A stretch of DNA of 63,468 bases, counting the filler, from Phoronis australis (lineage: Eukaryota > Animalia > Phoronida): assembly GCA_002633005.1 (NCBI GenBank). It is 7 parts of 7 records of this genome, joined end to end, with 100 filler letters (N's around TTAATTAATTAA, not from the genome) between each part and the next. Parts side by side here need not be neighbours in the genome. Positions count along the whole stretch, not along the records: positions 1 to 12,238 come from NMRA01001650.1; positions 12,339 to 17,275 come from NMRA01002453.1; positions 17,376 to 28,319 come from NMRA01001724.1; 4 more parts are not named here. The stretch is one strand, 5' to 3'. Below the pieces are notes generated by a model. The model was not told where the DNA came from, did not search any database, and was given only the letters and a program-made list of their open reading frames with translations. Every line of letters begins with the position of its first letter. Positions within the stretch are counted from its first letter, which is position 1. This document shows positions 12,154-23,327 of this stretch, piece after piece. Both the position numbers and the translations under genes were made by a program.

Positions 12154-12238
12154 CACGCCCTCTGTCTCGCTCCTTGTTACGTGTCTCCAGTTCACGCTCT
12201 GTCTTCTTGCGTTCTTCTACACGCTCCTTTTTGGGAAT
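12154..12238 (-). CDS. SETD2: SETD2 exon, 5'-truncated by assembly gap
   Basis: IPKKERVEERKKTERELETRNKERDRGR then G|GTTAGT donor (phase 1); IPKK resembles the SETD2 YRIPKK motif. Confidence 0.8.
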
Positions 12239-12338
12239 NNNNNNNNNNNNNNNNNNNNNNNNNNNNNNNNNNNNNNNNNNNNTTAATTAATTAANNNNNN
12301 NNNNNNNNNNNNNNNNNNNNNNNNNNNNNNNNNNNNNN
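12239..12338. other. Artificial contig linker (44N-TTAATTAATTAA-44N); also at 17276, 28320, 52706, 59800, 62188
   Basis: Identical 100-bp layout six times; TTAATTAATTAA puts stops in all six frames. Confidence 0.95.
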
Positions 12339-12477
12339 CATGCACAATATGGGAGTCAATGGATGCATGCACAATATGGGAGTCAATTGACACTCGCCTT
12401 GATCGTTACATTCGTTTAAGTGGAAACAATCTAAAGAATGTTATTTTCTTGGGTTTTTCTCCATTTTTGTAAAATAG

Positions 12478-12585
12478 CCTGAAAAAAGTGCGCTCATGGC
12501 ACATCTTGTTAAATTTTTACGACATCTTTTTGAAGATGATGACAGCTTCACAGAAGCACAATTTGTTCAGAAATTGAGATTGCTG
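12478..12585 (+). CDS. Putative exon of an unrecognised plus-strand gene
   Basis: Pyrimidine tract + AATAG acceptor; 108 nt PEKSALMAHLVKFLRHLFEDDDSFTEAQFVQKLRLL; GTAATA donor. Confidence 0.45.
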
Positions 12586-12599
12586 GTAATAAAATACTA

Positions 12600-12780
12600 A
12601 AACTATGTAACAAAACATAACCAATGCTTATTGCTAATAATTTACTGTGAACTGTGTAACAAAATGAAACCAATGCTAATAATTTATTGTGAACTCTGTA
12701 ACAAAGTGATACCAATGCAAATAATTTACTGTGAACTCTGTAACAAAGTGATATCAATGCTAATAATTTACTGTAAACTG
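12600..12780. repeat. 42-bp minisatellite
   Basis: TAATAATTTACTGTGAACTCTGTAACAAAGTGATACCAATGC-like unit x ~4. Confidence 0.85.
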
Positions 12781-14356
12781 TGCGCAACCTTCTAGAAGAA
12801 AAATATTTGATTGAAGAAAGGTCGAAAAAGTAAATTGGCTAGTAGGTGATGTACCATTTCATGGCGTTCAAAGCCCACCCATCTTATCGCTCCACAAATT
12901 TAGCTACAGAATAATGGTAGAACGGCAATCTTTTAAACACTGTTAACGAAATTTAATTCTTTCGAGGAAGATTGTAGTTTTTAATGGTATTAATTTAGAG
13001 TCAGATTTCATTTGGCCACATTTTTCCCACATCAGTGCCAAGCTGTATATTTATACAGCAAGGCTAGTGTTGATAACTGTTGGCTCGATAATTGTCTAAA
13101 TTTCACCTTTTTCTGTCCAGTGTCGTCGTGTCTAATTGGAGAAGCTTGTAATTATTCTATAATGTGAGTTCAACTTGTTTCTCAACCAATTGGCCAACTA
13201 ATTGACCTCTTGGGTCAGTACAGCCAGTTCAGTTGCCATGATTGATAATTCACATTCAATGTGTGGTTTACTTACTATTATAGTATTGATCCCATGACTA
13301 GAGTGTTTGAAGGAATGGTGGAGCCAGTTGTCTGAGCTGTCCAATATTATTGGTCACTTGTCAAGTATTAGACACTAAATCAATAGTGTTTCACTTGATG
13401 ATTAACATTCAATGCGTGCACTTGTTTTTGCTCTACTCATTGTTTTGCACTCACTTTCTGTACAATGTCTCCCTCATCGACATGCACAGTTGACAAGAAT
13501 TCGTAACTCGGTCATACACTCTGCACAACATCTCTTATTGACAGGCACATTTGAAATGAGTGCATAATTCGGCCATAGTCATTACATTGCATTGAGATGT
13601 ATTGTAGTGCTTTAAAAGTTATTTCTAAATTTGGATTTTTTGATATTTCAAAGGTTGATTATTTTAATAAATTGATATTAATTAAGTACTAAAAATTCTA
13701 GATAATTTTTACGGTGCTATTCATGAAATCAAAAACTTCTTGAAGATTGTTTGAGGGGTTTGACTAAGTCACTTTTTACTTATTCCAGCAGATTGTCTAC
13801 TGAATAGTTGTAATGCATTGTCATAGTACTTGACGTCTTGATGATAATCCCTAACTGTTACTCGCTCAGTCTTGTGATATCTATTTTTCAGTCATCAATT
13901 TTAACACAATAAATGTTTCTTTGAGATTTTCTATTATACCCGGTAAGTTTAATTTTGATGTAAACAGTGGCCATTCTCTTGTGGTGAAAACCTTGACTGT
14001 TCTATCAAATAAAGGTACAGAAATGGTTATGTTGGAATGCATGTACCTTATGCTGAAACAGTCAATGGTATTCCAAGTTGTCTTTTTTGTCAAGTTTATG
14101 ACATAAAATGGCAATCATTGGGGAAGTCACGGGATATTAGAAATGAAGTTTTTGTGGAAGGCTGTGAGCAATTGATGAAGTTACTCAATGTGCCACTTAA
14201 CTTGACTTAAGAACGATAAACTAAAATTAGCCTACAAGATTGCATTGTTGGATTTGAACAGAATTTCAGGAAAATTTTGAACCAAAAAATTTTAGTTGAT
14301 ATTTGTCATGAAGAGTTTTACAGTTTCCTTGTTACTCTGTTATGTTTTATACATTG

Positions 14357-14623
14357 AATGTAGTCGCAAACTTTTTTAAGTTTGGTCAGCACGCCACCTG
14401 TGGCCGCATCACGTGACCTAATGAATGTAAGTCTGAAACTATTTCTATCCCAACCGGAACTCGAACCCGTGCCCTTGTGTTTGCAATGTAAATTTCCACA
14501 CTGGTTTCCCTGGCTCGAGAACCGGTTGGGTTAGAAATCTTTTCAGACTTGTATTCATAAATTTACGTGATATGGCCACAGGTGGCGTGCTGACCAGACC
14601 TAAAAATGTTTGCGATATACATT
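14357..14623. mobile_element. MITE with ~65-bp terminal inverted repeats (allelic copy 16451-16715)
   Basis: AATGTAGTCGCAAAC...GGTCAGCACGCCACCTGTGGCC vs GGCCACAGGTGGCGTGCTGACC...GTTTGCGATATACATT. Confidence 0.75.
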
Positions 14624-14742
14624 TCTACACGGGTTCAAGAATATGGTATTTATACATTGAAAGGGGTATTGATGAGTTACTTGTATTCTGTGTTTGTACT
14701 GAGTAATTTTATCATCTTTAAGTTAATTTCTTGTATTCTCAG

Positions 14743-14893
14743 AAGGTGTAATAGAGAAGCGTTTTCACAAGATTGACCATATTGCCAACTTGCCTCATCA
14801 ACTGGAGTTTATGAATGAAACAAGACAACACCAACGAGGAGTTTTCCCCATTCTACAAGCTGATGTCTTGAACAGAGAACCCGTCTCCAACAA
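14743..14893 (+). CDS. Putative exon of an unrecognised plus-strand gene (allelic copy 16835-16985)
   Basis: ttctcag/GTAATT; 151 nt GVIEKRFHKIDHIANLPHQLEFMNETRQHQRGVFPILQADVLNREPVSN; both differences from the duplicate are synonymous. Confidence 0.6.
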
Positions 14894-15033
14894 GTAATTT
14901 ATTTTTCAACCTAGTTTCCTTCAACTTGTAGACACTGGTGAGAAAAGCTAGTGTGATCACGCAATTCACTCTATTGACTTATGCCATACTGTATTGTATA
15001 ATCCACTTGTCAAAATGGCTTTAATTTGCCATT

Positions 15034-15248
15034 GTGTATCATACATACCACATCATTATCATGGCTTGTGCCATTAGTGTAACGTATATTCCACATCAGG
15101 ATTATGGCTTGTGCCATACTGTATCATATATTGCTCATCAGGATTATGGCTTGTGCCATACTGTATCATATATTGCTCATCAGGATTATGGCTTGTGCCA
15201 TACTGTATCATATATTGCTCATCAGAATTATGGCTTGTGACATACTGT
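15034..15248. repeat. 42-bp minisatellite (allelic copy 17033-17275)
   Basis: (TCAGGATTATGGCTTGTGCCATACTGTATCATATATTGCTCA)n. Confidence 0.95.
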
Positions 15249-15403
15249 AAGTATTTAATGTCATATCCTGAAGTACAAAGTTTGTTAGCCAAGTTAGTTT
15301 TACAAAAGTTCTTATGATGTTTGTCTCTCTGTACGATAATGACTGCATCAGTTAAAATGCCAAAAGAAAATTTGAATGACTGATCTGTTCTGGACTGTTA
15401 TAG

Positions 15404-15494
15404 GACAAAAAAACATGAGAACATTAAGTGGCGTAAAAAGGAGCGACAAGCGCAGCATGTAGAACACGTGGGCCTTAAAGCTGCCCAGAGGGAG
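15404..15494 (+). CDS. Putative next exon of the same plus-strand gene
   Basis: ttatag/GTATGT; 91 nt (K)TKKHENIKWRKKERQAQHVEHVGLKAAQRE; phase 2 start matches the end of the 14743-14893 exon. Confidence 0.55.
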
Positions 15495-15648
15495 GTATGT
15501 TATAACACTTTTTCTTTCATCGGTTCATTTTCAAATCCAGATGTAGTTTTGTTATTGACGTCTCTGATTTCCAAATGAATAATGTGTATATTGCTCTTTA
15601 AGCTAAATGTATGGCACTTTTAATTACTTTGTGATTACACAAAAGTAN

Positions 15649-15864
15649 TGTGGTGCTTTAAGCAACTGGTGTATAGGATGTGCTTGTATTATGAAGATTA
15701 CTCACATTTTGCCCCTATCCTATTCAGGAGACAATGACCATGCCTTTCCATTTTGCAAAGTATGCCCTCTACTGGCCACTTTATGGTACCAATAAACAAC
15801 CCTAGAGGGATACCGTATGCGGTGCAATCGTGGGCGCATTTCAACGCTCCGCGTTGCTCTTGTT
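15649..15864 (-). mobile_element. End of a Helentron-type non-autonomous element
   Basis: Near-identical reverse complement of 63045-63262; ends ...GCGTTGCTCTTGTT at a T-run that is empty in the other copy (13773-13777). Confidence 0.7.
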
Positions 15865-17275
15865 ACTTATTCCAGCAGATTGTCTACTGAATAGTTGTAA
15901 TGCATTGTCATAGTACTTGACGTCTTGATGATAATCCCCTAACTGTTACTCGCTCAGTCTTGTGATATCTATTTTTCAGTCATCAATTTTAACACAATAA
16001 ATGTTTCTTTGAGATTTTCTATTATACCCGGTAATATCATGTTTAATTTTGATGTAAACAGTGGCCATTCTCTTGTGGTGAAAACCTTTACTGTTCTATC
16101 AAATAAAGGTACAGAAATGGTTATGTTGGAATGCATGTACCTTATGCTGAAACAGTCAATGGTATTCCAAGTTGTCTTTTTTGTCAAGTTTATGACATAA
16201 AATGGCAATCATTGGGGAAGTCACGGGATATTAGAAATGAAGTTTTTGTGGAAGGCTGTGAGCAATTGATGAAGTTACTCAATGTGCCACTTAACTTGAC
16301 TTAAGAACGATAAACTAAAATTAACCTATAAGATTGCATTGTTGGATTTGAACAGAATTTCAGGAAAATTTTGAACCAAAAAAATTTAGTTGATATTTGT
16401 CATAAAGAGTTTTACAGTTTCCTTGTTACTCTGTTATGTTTTATACATTGAATGTAGTCGCAAACTTTTTTAAGTTTGGTCAGCACGCCACCTGTGGCCG
16501 CATCAAGTGACCTAATGAATGTAAGTCTGAAACTATTTCAATCCCAACCGGAACTCGAACCCGTGCCCTTCTGTTTGCAATGTAAATTTCCACACTGGTT
16601 TCCCTGGTTCGAGAACCGGTTGGGTTAGAAATCTTCAGACTTGTATTCATAAATTTACGTGATATGGCCACAGGTGGCGTGCTGACCAGACCTAAAAATG
16701 TTTGCGATATACATTTCTACACTGGTTCAAGAATATGGTATTTATACATTGAAAGGGGTATTGATGAGTTACTTGTATTCTGTGTTTGTACCGAGTAATT
16801 TTATCATCTTTAAGTTAATTTCTTGTATTCTCAGAGGGTGTAATAGAGAAGCGTTTTCACAAGATTGACCATATTGCCAACTTGCCTCATCAACTGGAGT
16901 TTATGAATGAAACAAGACAACACCAACGAGGAGTTTTCCCCATTCTACAAGCTGATGTCTTGAACAGAGAACCTGTCTCCAACAAGTAATTTATTTTTCA
17001 ACCACTTGTCAAAATGGCTTTAATTTGCCATTGTGTATCATACATACCACATTATTATCATGGCTTGTGCCATTAGTGTAAGGTATATTCCACATCAGGA
17101 TTATGGCTTGTGCCATACTGTATCATATATTGCTCATCAGGATTATGGCTTGTGCCATACTGTATCATATATTGCTCATCAGGATTATGGCTTGTGCCAT
17201 ACTGTATCATATATTTCTCATCAGGATTATGGCTTGTGCCATACTGTATCATATATTGCTCATCAGGATTATGGC
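15865..17275 (+). other. Allelic duplicate of ~13778-15248
   Basis: Near-identical with scattered SNPs, a 6-bp indel (~16035) and a ~90-bp indel (14910-15003 absent here); preceded by single 'n' at 15648. Confidence 0.85.
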
Positions 17276-18443
17276 NNNNNNNNNNNNNNNNNNNNNNNNN
17301 NNNNNNNNNNNNNNNNNNNTTAATTAATTAANNNNNNNNNNNNNNNNNNNNNNNNNNNNNNNNNNNNNNNNNNNNTCACGTAATTTAATTAATTAATCAA
17401 GCCCTATTCTTCAAGTGACGTTGGGGTAGTAGAATTTTGCCCCCTTTTGTTTTCATATAGTCTGACTGGGTGAGCTGTCGACTCAGTCATCGTTTTGCCT
17501 GGGTTGTGATAAGTTCGGTCGTGTGAAGAATGCAGTGTTACCTGTCCACGCAACGTAAAACGCAGTGGAGAATTACCGAGTATGTGGAAAGCAATTTTTG
17601 GCGTCTAATTACGAAAGAGATATGTACATTGTACACTGAAGTGATGAAAGTACCTGCAATACAACGCATGAAGAAGGGTGAAATACCGTCGCTGTCGATT
17701 CCCGGCAGTGCTCCGTCGTCAGCTCCGAGAGGTACATTTTTACAGCGAGAAGCCTCGTGAGCAGTGACCTCTACAGTGACTCGAGGCCCTGTCATCTGTG
17801 CTTCGGAACGTTCAATTTAAAAGTTGAGATCCAGAATAGGAGATTGTATTGGACATTCGACTATTAGTTGTTATGTAAAGATGCAATATAGAGGGCTTAG
17901 TCAGGGCGATACGGAAAACTCCAATTTTAAGTAACTTAGTTAATGCTTTACGTTTATCTTAATCACTTAGGTCTGCTGGATTGTATATCTCGTGCTTCGT
18001 TGTTAACCTGTGACCACTGCTTTGGATAGTTCCGTCGAATGGGGGTTCGAGCCCAGTGCGCTAGCCGTAATGAGTAAAGTTTTGGGAATTTTGTTTAGTT
18101 CTGTTATCTGAAATGTATTGGTGACCAATGCTTTTGTAACTTTTTAATGAAATATTAGCAAGTCATTATATGCCTGAAAATTGGTGCAAGGCATTAACTG
18201 TTTCACTCCATAAAAAGGAAGTCCTAGCGACCTTAATAATTGTAGATGGATATCGTTACTTAACATATTAAGTAAAATCTTTTTTAACATTATCAATAAA
18301 AAGTTGGTACCTTAGCCAGCCTAGAATAACATACTATTTGAAGAAGCTGCCGTTGATCAGATCTACTCCCTAAACGCCTTGCTACAAAATATCTATGCAA
18401 GAAAAAGGGGAGATGTTATATACTATTTATTGACGTTACCTAG

Positions 18444-19575
18444 TGTCAGAATAAATATTGATTAAGTAATTAGTACAGATAGTTCCATTTAAGTTGCCCA
18501 AAATCTGTGCATACGTTTATTTAAAACCAAGGGGTCAAACTTGTTTACATGTATTTTGACGTCAACATCTATTTTTAGATGATGTTTGTCACTTTGGTTC
18601 TGGGGTCAACCCACTCTAAAGATTCTAGAAATTTTTTAGAGTAAATCATAACAGCCAATGATATGATTAGATAGGATTGTTGATGCACTATTTTATTTCG
18701 TAGTGCGTAAGGTTGCGTAATGTTACATGTGTAAATTGGCTAAAGCTTCTGATATAAGCGACGCTCCGGAACTATACGGCCTTTTTATCATGTACCGCTA
18801 TAACTCTAACGATATTTTTTCTTCATCTGGAGCCTAGAGCAAATATCATTGTAAGTTTATGCTATTTTTGTTTTTTCAGACTACCGTAGAATTCACTGGC
18901 TGTTTCTCGTATTGTACAAGACTGTTTATAAAAATGCTATATTACCGGCCATGTATCTTTATTGTATTGTAACGTGAACGTATTTCCCGAGACTTGTTAT
19001 TCCATTATATTTCAGTGAAGCTGGCCTGCAGTGCACAGAAGAAATTGTACAACAGAGCCGTTTCGTGGAAGATACTAAAGAAGATCTTGGCTAGGACAAG
19101 GATTAACGAACAGGAAGTTAACTAAGAGCTTGTCACTTGCATCGTGGTAAGATCCTGCCTGCAAATGCTTCGTGGGCAGAAGATACTGCCTGAAAGTGTT
19201 GCGTCATAATAGACTAACTAGCAAGAGCAATCGTGCCTGCAAGTCTTGCGTCACGAAAGGACTGTGACCAGCAAGTACACTATTGCAGTGCAGTGTGTGT
19301 TAGTTCGAAGATTCACAAGCAGGACTGCCATCCAACAAGTGGAGAGTCCTAGAGCTTGAATAGCAGGCAAGACGTTTGATTATTTATAGATAATCCTTCC
19401 TGGAACTAGCATAGCTACTCTTCTTCTGTGTTAGTCTACTTAATTAACAACAGGTTGTTTTAATTAGTGGTTAGCATATAATAATCTAATTACTGGATTT
19501 AATAATTCTCTCGCAATCCACACACAATCAAAAGCATAGCTACCTTTTAAACAAACCCACAGTCAATTTCTGACA
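18444..19575. mobile_element. Probable solo LTR (1132 bp)
   Basis: TGTCAGAA...TTCTGACA inverted ends; 5-bp TSD CCTAG/CCTAA; splits the LINE DxxKAFD motif. Confidence 0.75.
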
Positions 19576-19741
19576 CCTAAAGTTTCGACTCCGTTCAACA
19601 TAAGATTCTATTTTAATACTCTGATATTGTATGTTATGGAAATGCTCTGAGCGTGTTGAAATCGCTATACAATGATATGAAATCGTGTGTAAGAATTCAT
19701 GGTCTACATATACAGGTAGTCTTAGTTGTAATGCTGGCGTG

Positions 19742-19883
19742 CGTTCAGTAGACGCTAGGACCTACGCTAGGACCTAGCTAAAACCTAGTCAAAGTCACGT
19801 GTTCTCATTTAAATTGCACGGCAATATCTCACGTAATCTCGCGAAGTCTTGCTTTTTAGCGAGGTCCTATAGCGTTACTGAAC
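19742..19883. mobile_element. Small MITE
   Basis: CGTTCAGTAGACGCTAGGACC...GGTCCTATAGCGTTACTGAACG inverted ends; splits the LINE GVRQG motif. Confidence 0.7.
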
Positions 19884-20628
19884 GGGAGGCAGGGAGTGTA
19901 CACCCTTAGTCACTTTTTGTTTACATTATGCTTACGTAAACTGCTTATGACGCGGAAAGATTCGCAATGTTCTGGGGTTTTTATAGATCTACAGTTTGTT
20001 TTATGCTTATTGTACGCCGACGATATAGCTCCCATGTGGTCTACTGCCAACAACCCGCAAAACAAATTCGAGTTCTAAAATGTTTGCGACAGAGTTTAAT
20101 GAATATAAATATATCTAAAACTAAAATCGTGGTCTTTTGGAATGGCGGACCACGGAAGAAGTGTGAGAAAAGGATTTTTAAATCATGGGAAATTGAAGTA
20201 GTCACAGTTTATACTTATCTTGGCAGTATTTTTTCCACCTCGAGATGTGTGGACTAAAATGCTGATGAATTTAGCCATGGAGGTAAAAAAGTAGTTCATA
20301 GCATTGTTCGGTTTGACAGATATATTGGTGGTTCAGATGTTGTGACTGCTCTAACAATCTTTGATAAAGTGGTGACTCCAATACTAGTGTATGGCGCTTA
20401 GGTTTGTGGCTTTCAGCAGTACAGCTCCACAGAAAACATACACAATACATTTTATAAATACATATTTAGAGTCGGCTAAAAATTACCAATACCGCTGTAC
20501 AGGGTCAATATCCCGTACAAGATGCGTAAAATACTGGTTACGATTACAAGAAATGACAAGTTAGATATCTCAGAAAATGTTATAACATTTTCAAGTCATT
20601 AGATGTCATTAGCAACTTGCATAAATCA

Positions 20629-21750
20629 CACTGGCGGATCTACGAGGGGGGGGGGTGTCAGGGGGTTTAAACCCCCTCTTGGGATATGATCAAAAATAAA
20701 AATTAAAAAAAAAAACGTCTCCAGGGAACTGGTCCTGTAATTTTTTTTACCACAGTGTGCTTTGTAAAGCTATCTGCTAAGCAATCGGTATTTTTTTGGT
20801 CTCGCCACAGATCGAGTATTTTTGAGAAATATTTTGCATAGTGAACTTTTTGTCTCTGGACGGACAAGGCCAGCTTATTTGTGTAGATATTGACTCTCAG
20901 TATCCTCCTGGTTCTGCGGCGAACAGGTTTTGTGATATCTTTTTATAACAGTGTGCTTTATAAAACTATTAACTTCAGTCAGTACCAACTGTTTGGTCCC
21001 GCTACAGACAGACTATTTTGTAGGGATAATAAGCATGGGTGTACTTTTGGTTTCGCGACGGACCAGGTCAGCTTATTTGTTTAGATATTGACTCTCAATG
21101 AACATTTGGTCCCTCGGCGAACTGGTTTTGTATATCTTTTCACCACGGTGCACAATATGTTTTGGTTCCGTGATAATGTTTCCAGGTGATTTGTTTCCTG
21201 ATACATTTAACGTTTTTTAATTGTTGTGACATACAGTAACCCAACAGTCAACGTGATTCAGCTTAATAAAATGACACTAAGTGTTTATTATCGCTAATAA
21301 TAATAGACTATGCCGTGAGATCACCATCGTTTGTCAAATTTTCTCATAACGAGACAGAACATATGTTTAATTCCGGTCATAACATTGCCGGTCTTCGTTC
21401 TTAAACAACTAGAAGCTGCTGTCACGTGATCATCTGACATTCAAGTGTTGGGTTTCTACGTGGCCGTAGGCGATTCTTATGCTCTTGATCATTTAACAAT
21501 TGTCTAAACCCCTGTATACACACTACACTTATGCGTATACGACTGTTCGTATGCTAAAAAACCGTGGGTGTACACAGATGTTCCAGCTAAATTTTTTGTT
21601 GGTGGCGTGACTCATACTAAGATGTGCACATGTATGGTTTTACGGAACCTGTGAGCCGAGTTCATGTGACGAAATTGAAAATTGTTTTTTAAAAATCATC
21701 CGAACGGAATCATAATCCCCACCTTTACTGAAAATGTAGATCCGCCACTG
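20629..21750. mobile_element. Non-autonomous DNA transposon of the CAGTGGCGGATC family
   Basis: CACTGGCGGATCTAC...GTAGATCCGCCACTG TIRs; internal ~200-bp duplication; flanked by TCA/TCA. Confidence 0.75.
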
Positions 21751-21991
21751 TCAATAGATGACCGTTTGTCTCCAAGATCGACATCGACATACCGTACTAC
21801 ACGAGAAAAGTGTATGCGATAAGTATGGAACATCAAGTGGTCAATTTGATCATTGTGACGTACGTCAGACGTTTCGTGTGAGTAGACTTGTGTACGTACG
21901 GTCGAGATTCATAAAGTGATTTAACTCGAATCGGTGTTCTGTCTATCATTGTGTCGAATATTATTAGCACCGGTCACCTGCACCCACCCTC

Positions 21992-22800
21992 TCACAGGAA
22001 GAAACGTGATAATTTGTTCGATGACTCGATTTCTTGCAGTGTTTTGTTACCAGCTGATATTACGTTGTCAACCGGTTTATCCTTATTCTCGGGAGACTGA
22101 CTAGAACTAATCAGTTTTCCAGATGGTTTACACTTACTGACACAGGATAGACTGGAACTTGGCTTAGGTCTACTGTTCTGCACGAAACACGACTTTTGGG
22201 TCAGTTCATGCTCGTTTTGAAGCATCGCAGCATTTTGCAGAGAACTAAAATCTCTATTACAAAGTTCTGAAGTCGTTACCTACACAATTTTTAAAGTGTT
22301 CAATAGCCATCAATTGATCAACAAATTGAGAGGCGTAGCTCTTCTCAATATTAACCCCTTTTTCATAAGCCAACCCCTGAAAGGTTTGGTTTAGCCTTTT
22401 ACTCAGGTTTCTAAACATTTGGCGATAAGCCTCAACGGCTAACTCATAAGCTTTGAGAATAGCTTAATGTTTTACTGTCGAAAAGTCAGAAGCGTCTTCT
22501 TCCTTGACAACACTTTGTATCATAATAGACCAACACTGTCGGGGGTCAATTTAAGATCTCTGCTACCTTCTGAAAGTGTTGAAAGTACTCATCAACTTCA
22601 AATTCCGTCAAAGTCTTGAATCACTACTTTGTCCAAAGGCGTCTGAATGTCTGTCACGGGGTCTACTTGCAAGACTTTGCTTTTCTTCCTCTACTTCTTC
22701 ACAGTCTCTTATTCTCCCTTGTCTCGATAGCTCTCTGCTTTAACTGCTGTAGATCAAACTGTGCATCCTTAACAATTTGATTTAACTCTAACTCTAGTTT
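21992..22800 (-). mobile_element. Decayed Gypsy (Gmr1-like) gag with SCAN-like capsid region
   Basis: EFEVDEYFQHFQKVAEILN*P/RQCWSIMIQSVVK..EDASDFSTVK..AILKAYELAVEAYRQMFRNL...QLMAIEHFKNC; several stops and frameshifts. Confidence 0.8.
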
Positions 22801-23069
22801 CTATGCTCTCGGGTTTTCAGAGACAGGTGGAAACCCGAGGGAAAACTCATAAAAATACCAAATTCCTATCACGAAAAATTCAAGAAATGATAATTTAAAA
22901 TAAGAGAAGTTTATTATTAAAGCGAGTAGTAATAAATGCGCTGAGAAACATTGTAAGAACATTACATGGGTATCACTTCAAAACTTCTATAATGAGGAAA
23001 AAAGGTTGGTCCATCCTATCCTACACACTCGAACAGCGTTGCAAGCGCCCCATATAAGGCACCTCGTAG

Positions 23070-23327
23070 ATGACCAAGGTGACGGTGTCTTGACTGTTCT
23101 GTTGCAGTGGGCCACGAAAATGGCAAACGTTTGTGTGGAAGGAAGGTTGGTTCGGCAGAGCCTCAAACGTGGATTTCATCGAGACCGATATTACAAGATT
23201 TGTCTGCTCAGATTGGAAACAGAAAGGCGAATGCCTCGCAGCAAATAGAGTTGTGTACAGTTTTCGTCACAAAAACAGTACGACTAGACAAAAGGGCTTT
23301 AAAGGTGGTCAAAATAATGCTCCTTGA
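23070..23327 (+). pseudogene. Putative class III viral fusion glycoprotein / env-like remnant
   Basis: MTKVTVS*LFCCSGPRKWQTFVWKEGWFGRASNVDFIETDITRFVCSDWKQKGEC; Cys/Trp spacing resembles the fusion-loop region of rhabdovirus-type G; in-frame stops upstream. Confidence 0.4.

Larger units (their letters stand above)
18080..20620 (+). mobile_element. Decayed CR1/L2-group LINE reverse transcriptase, interrupted twice
   Basis: SDLNNCRWISLLNILSKIF, FIDVT*SFDSVQH (DFxKAFD), GV/RQG, LLYADDI, INISKTKIVVF, YTYLG motifs with stops and frameshifts. Confidence 0.85.

Noticed and set aside
15034-15317. Repeat-peptide ORFs (HQDYGLCHTVSYIA)n and a CTGATGAG hammerhead-like motif on the minus strand
   Set aside because: ORFs are by-products of a 42-bp unit; no GAAA core or stems for a ribozyme
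15728-15759. Apparent further in-phase exon (ETMTMPFHFAK) of the plus-strand orphan gene
   Set aside because: Falls inside the repeat end that is also present at 63045-63262
17376-18072. Possible Gypsy LTR end or tRNA primer-binding site (TGGGGGTTCGAGCCC)
   Set aside because: No matching second LTR, CA end or TSD visible; left side lost in a gap
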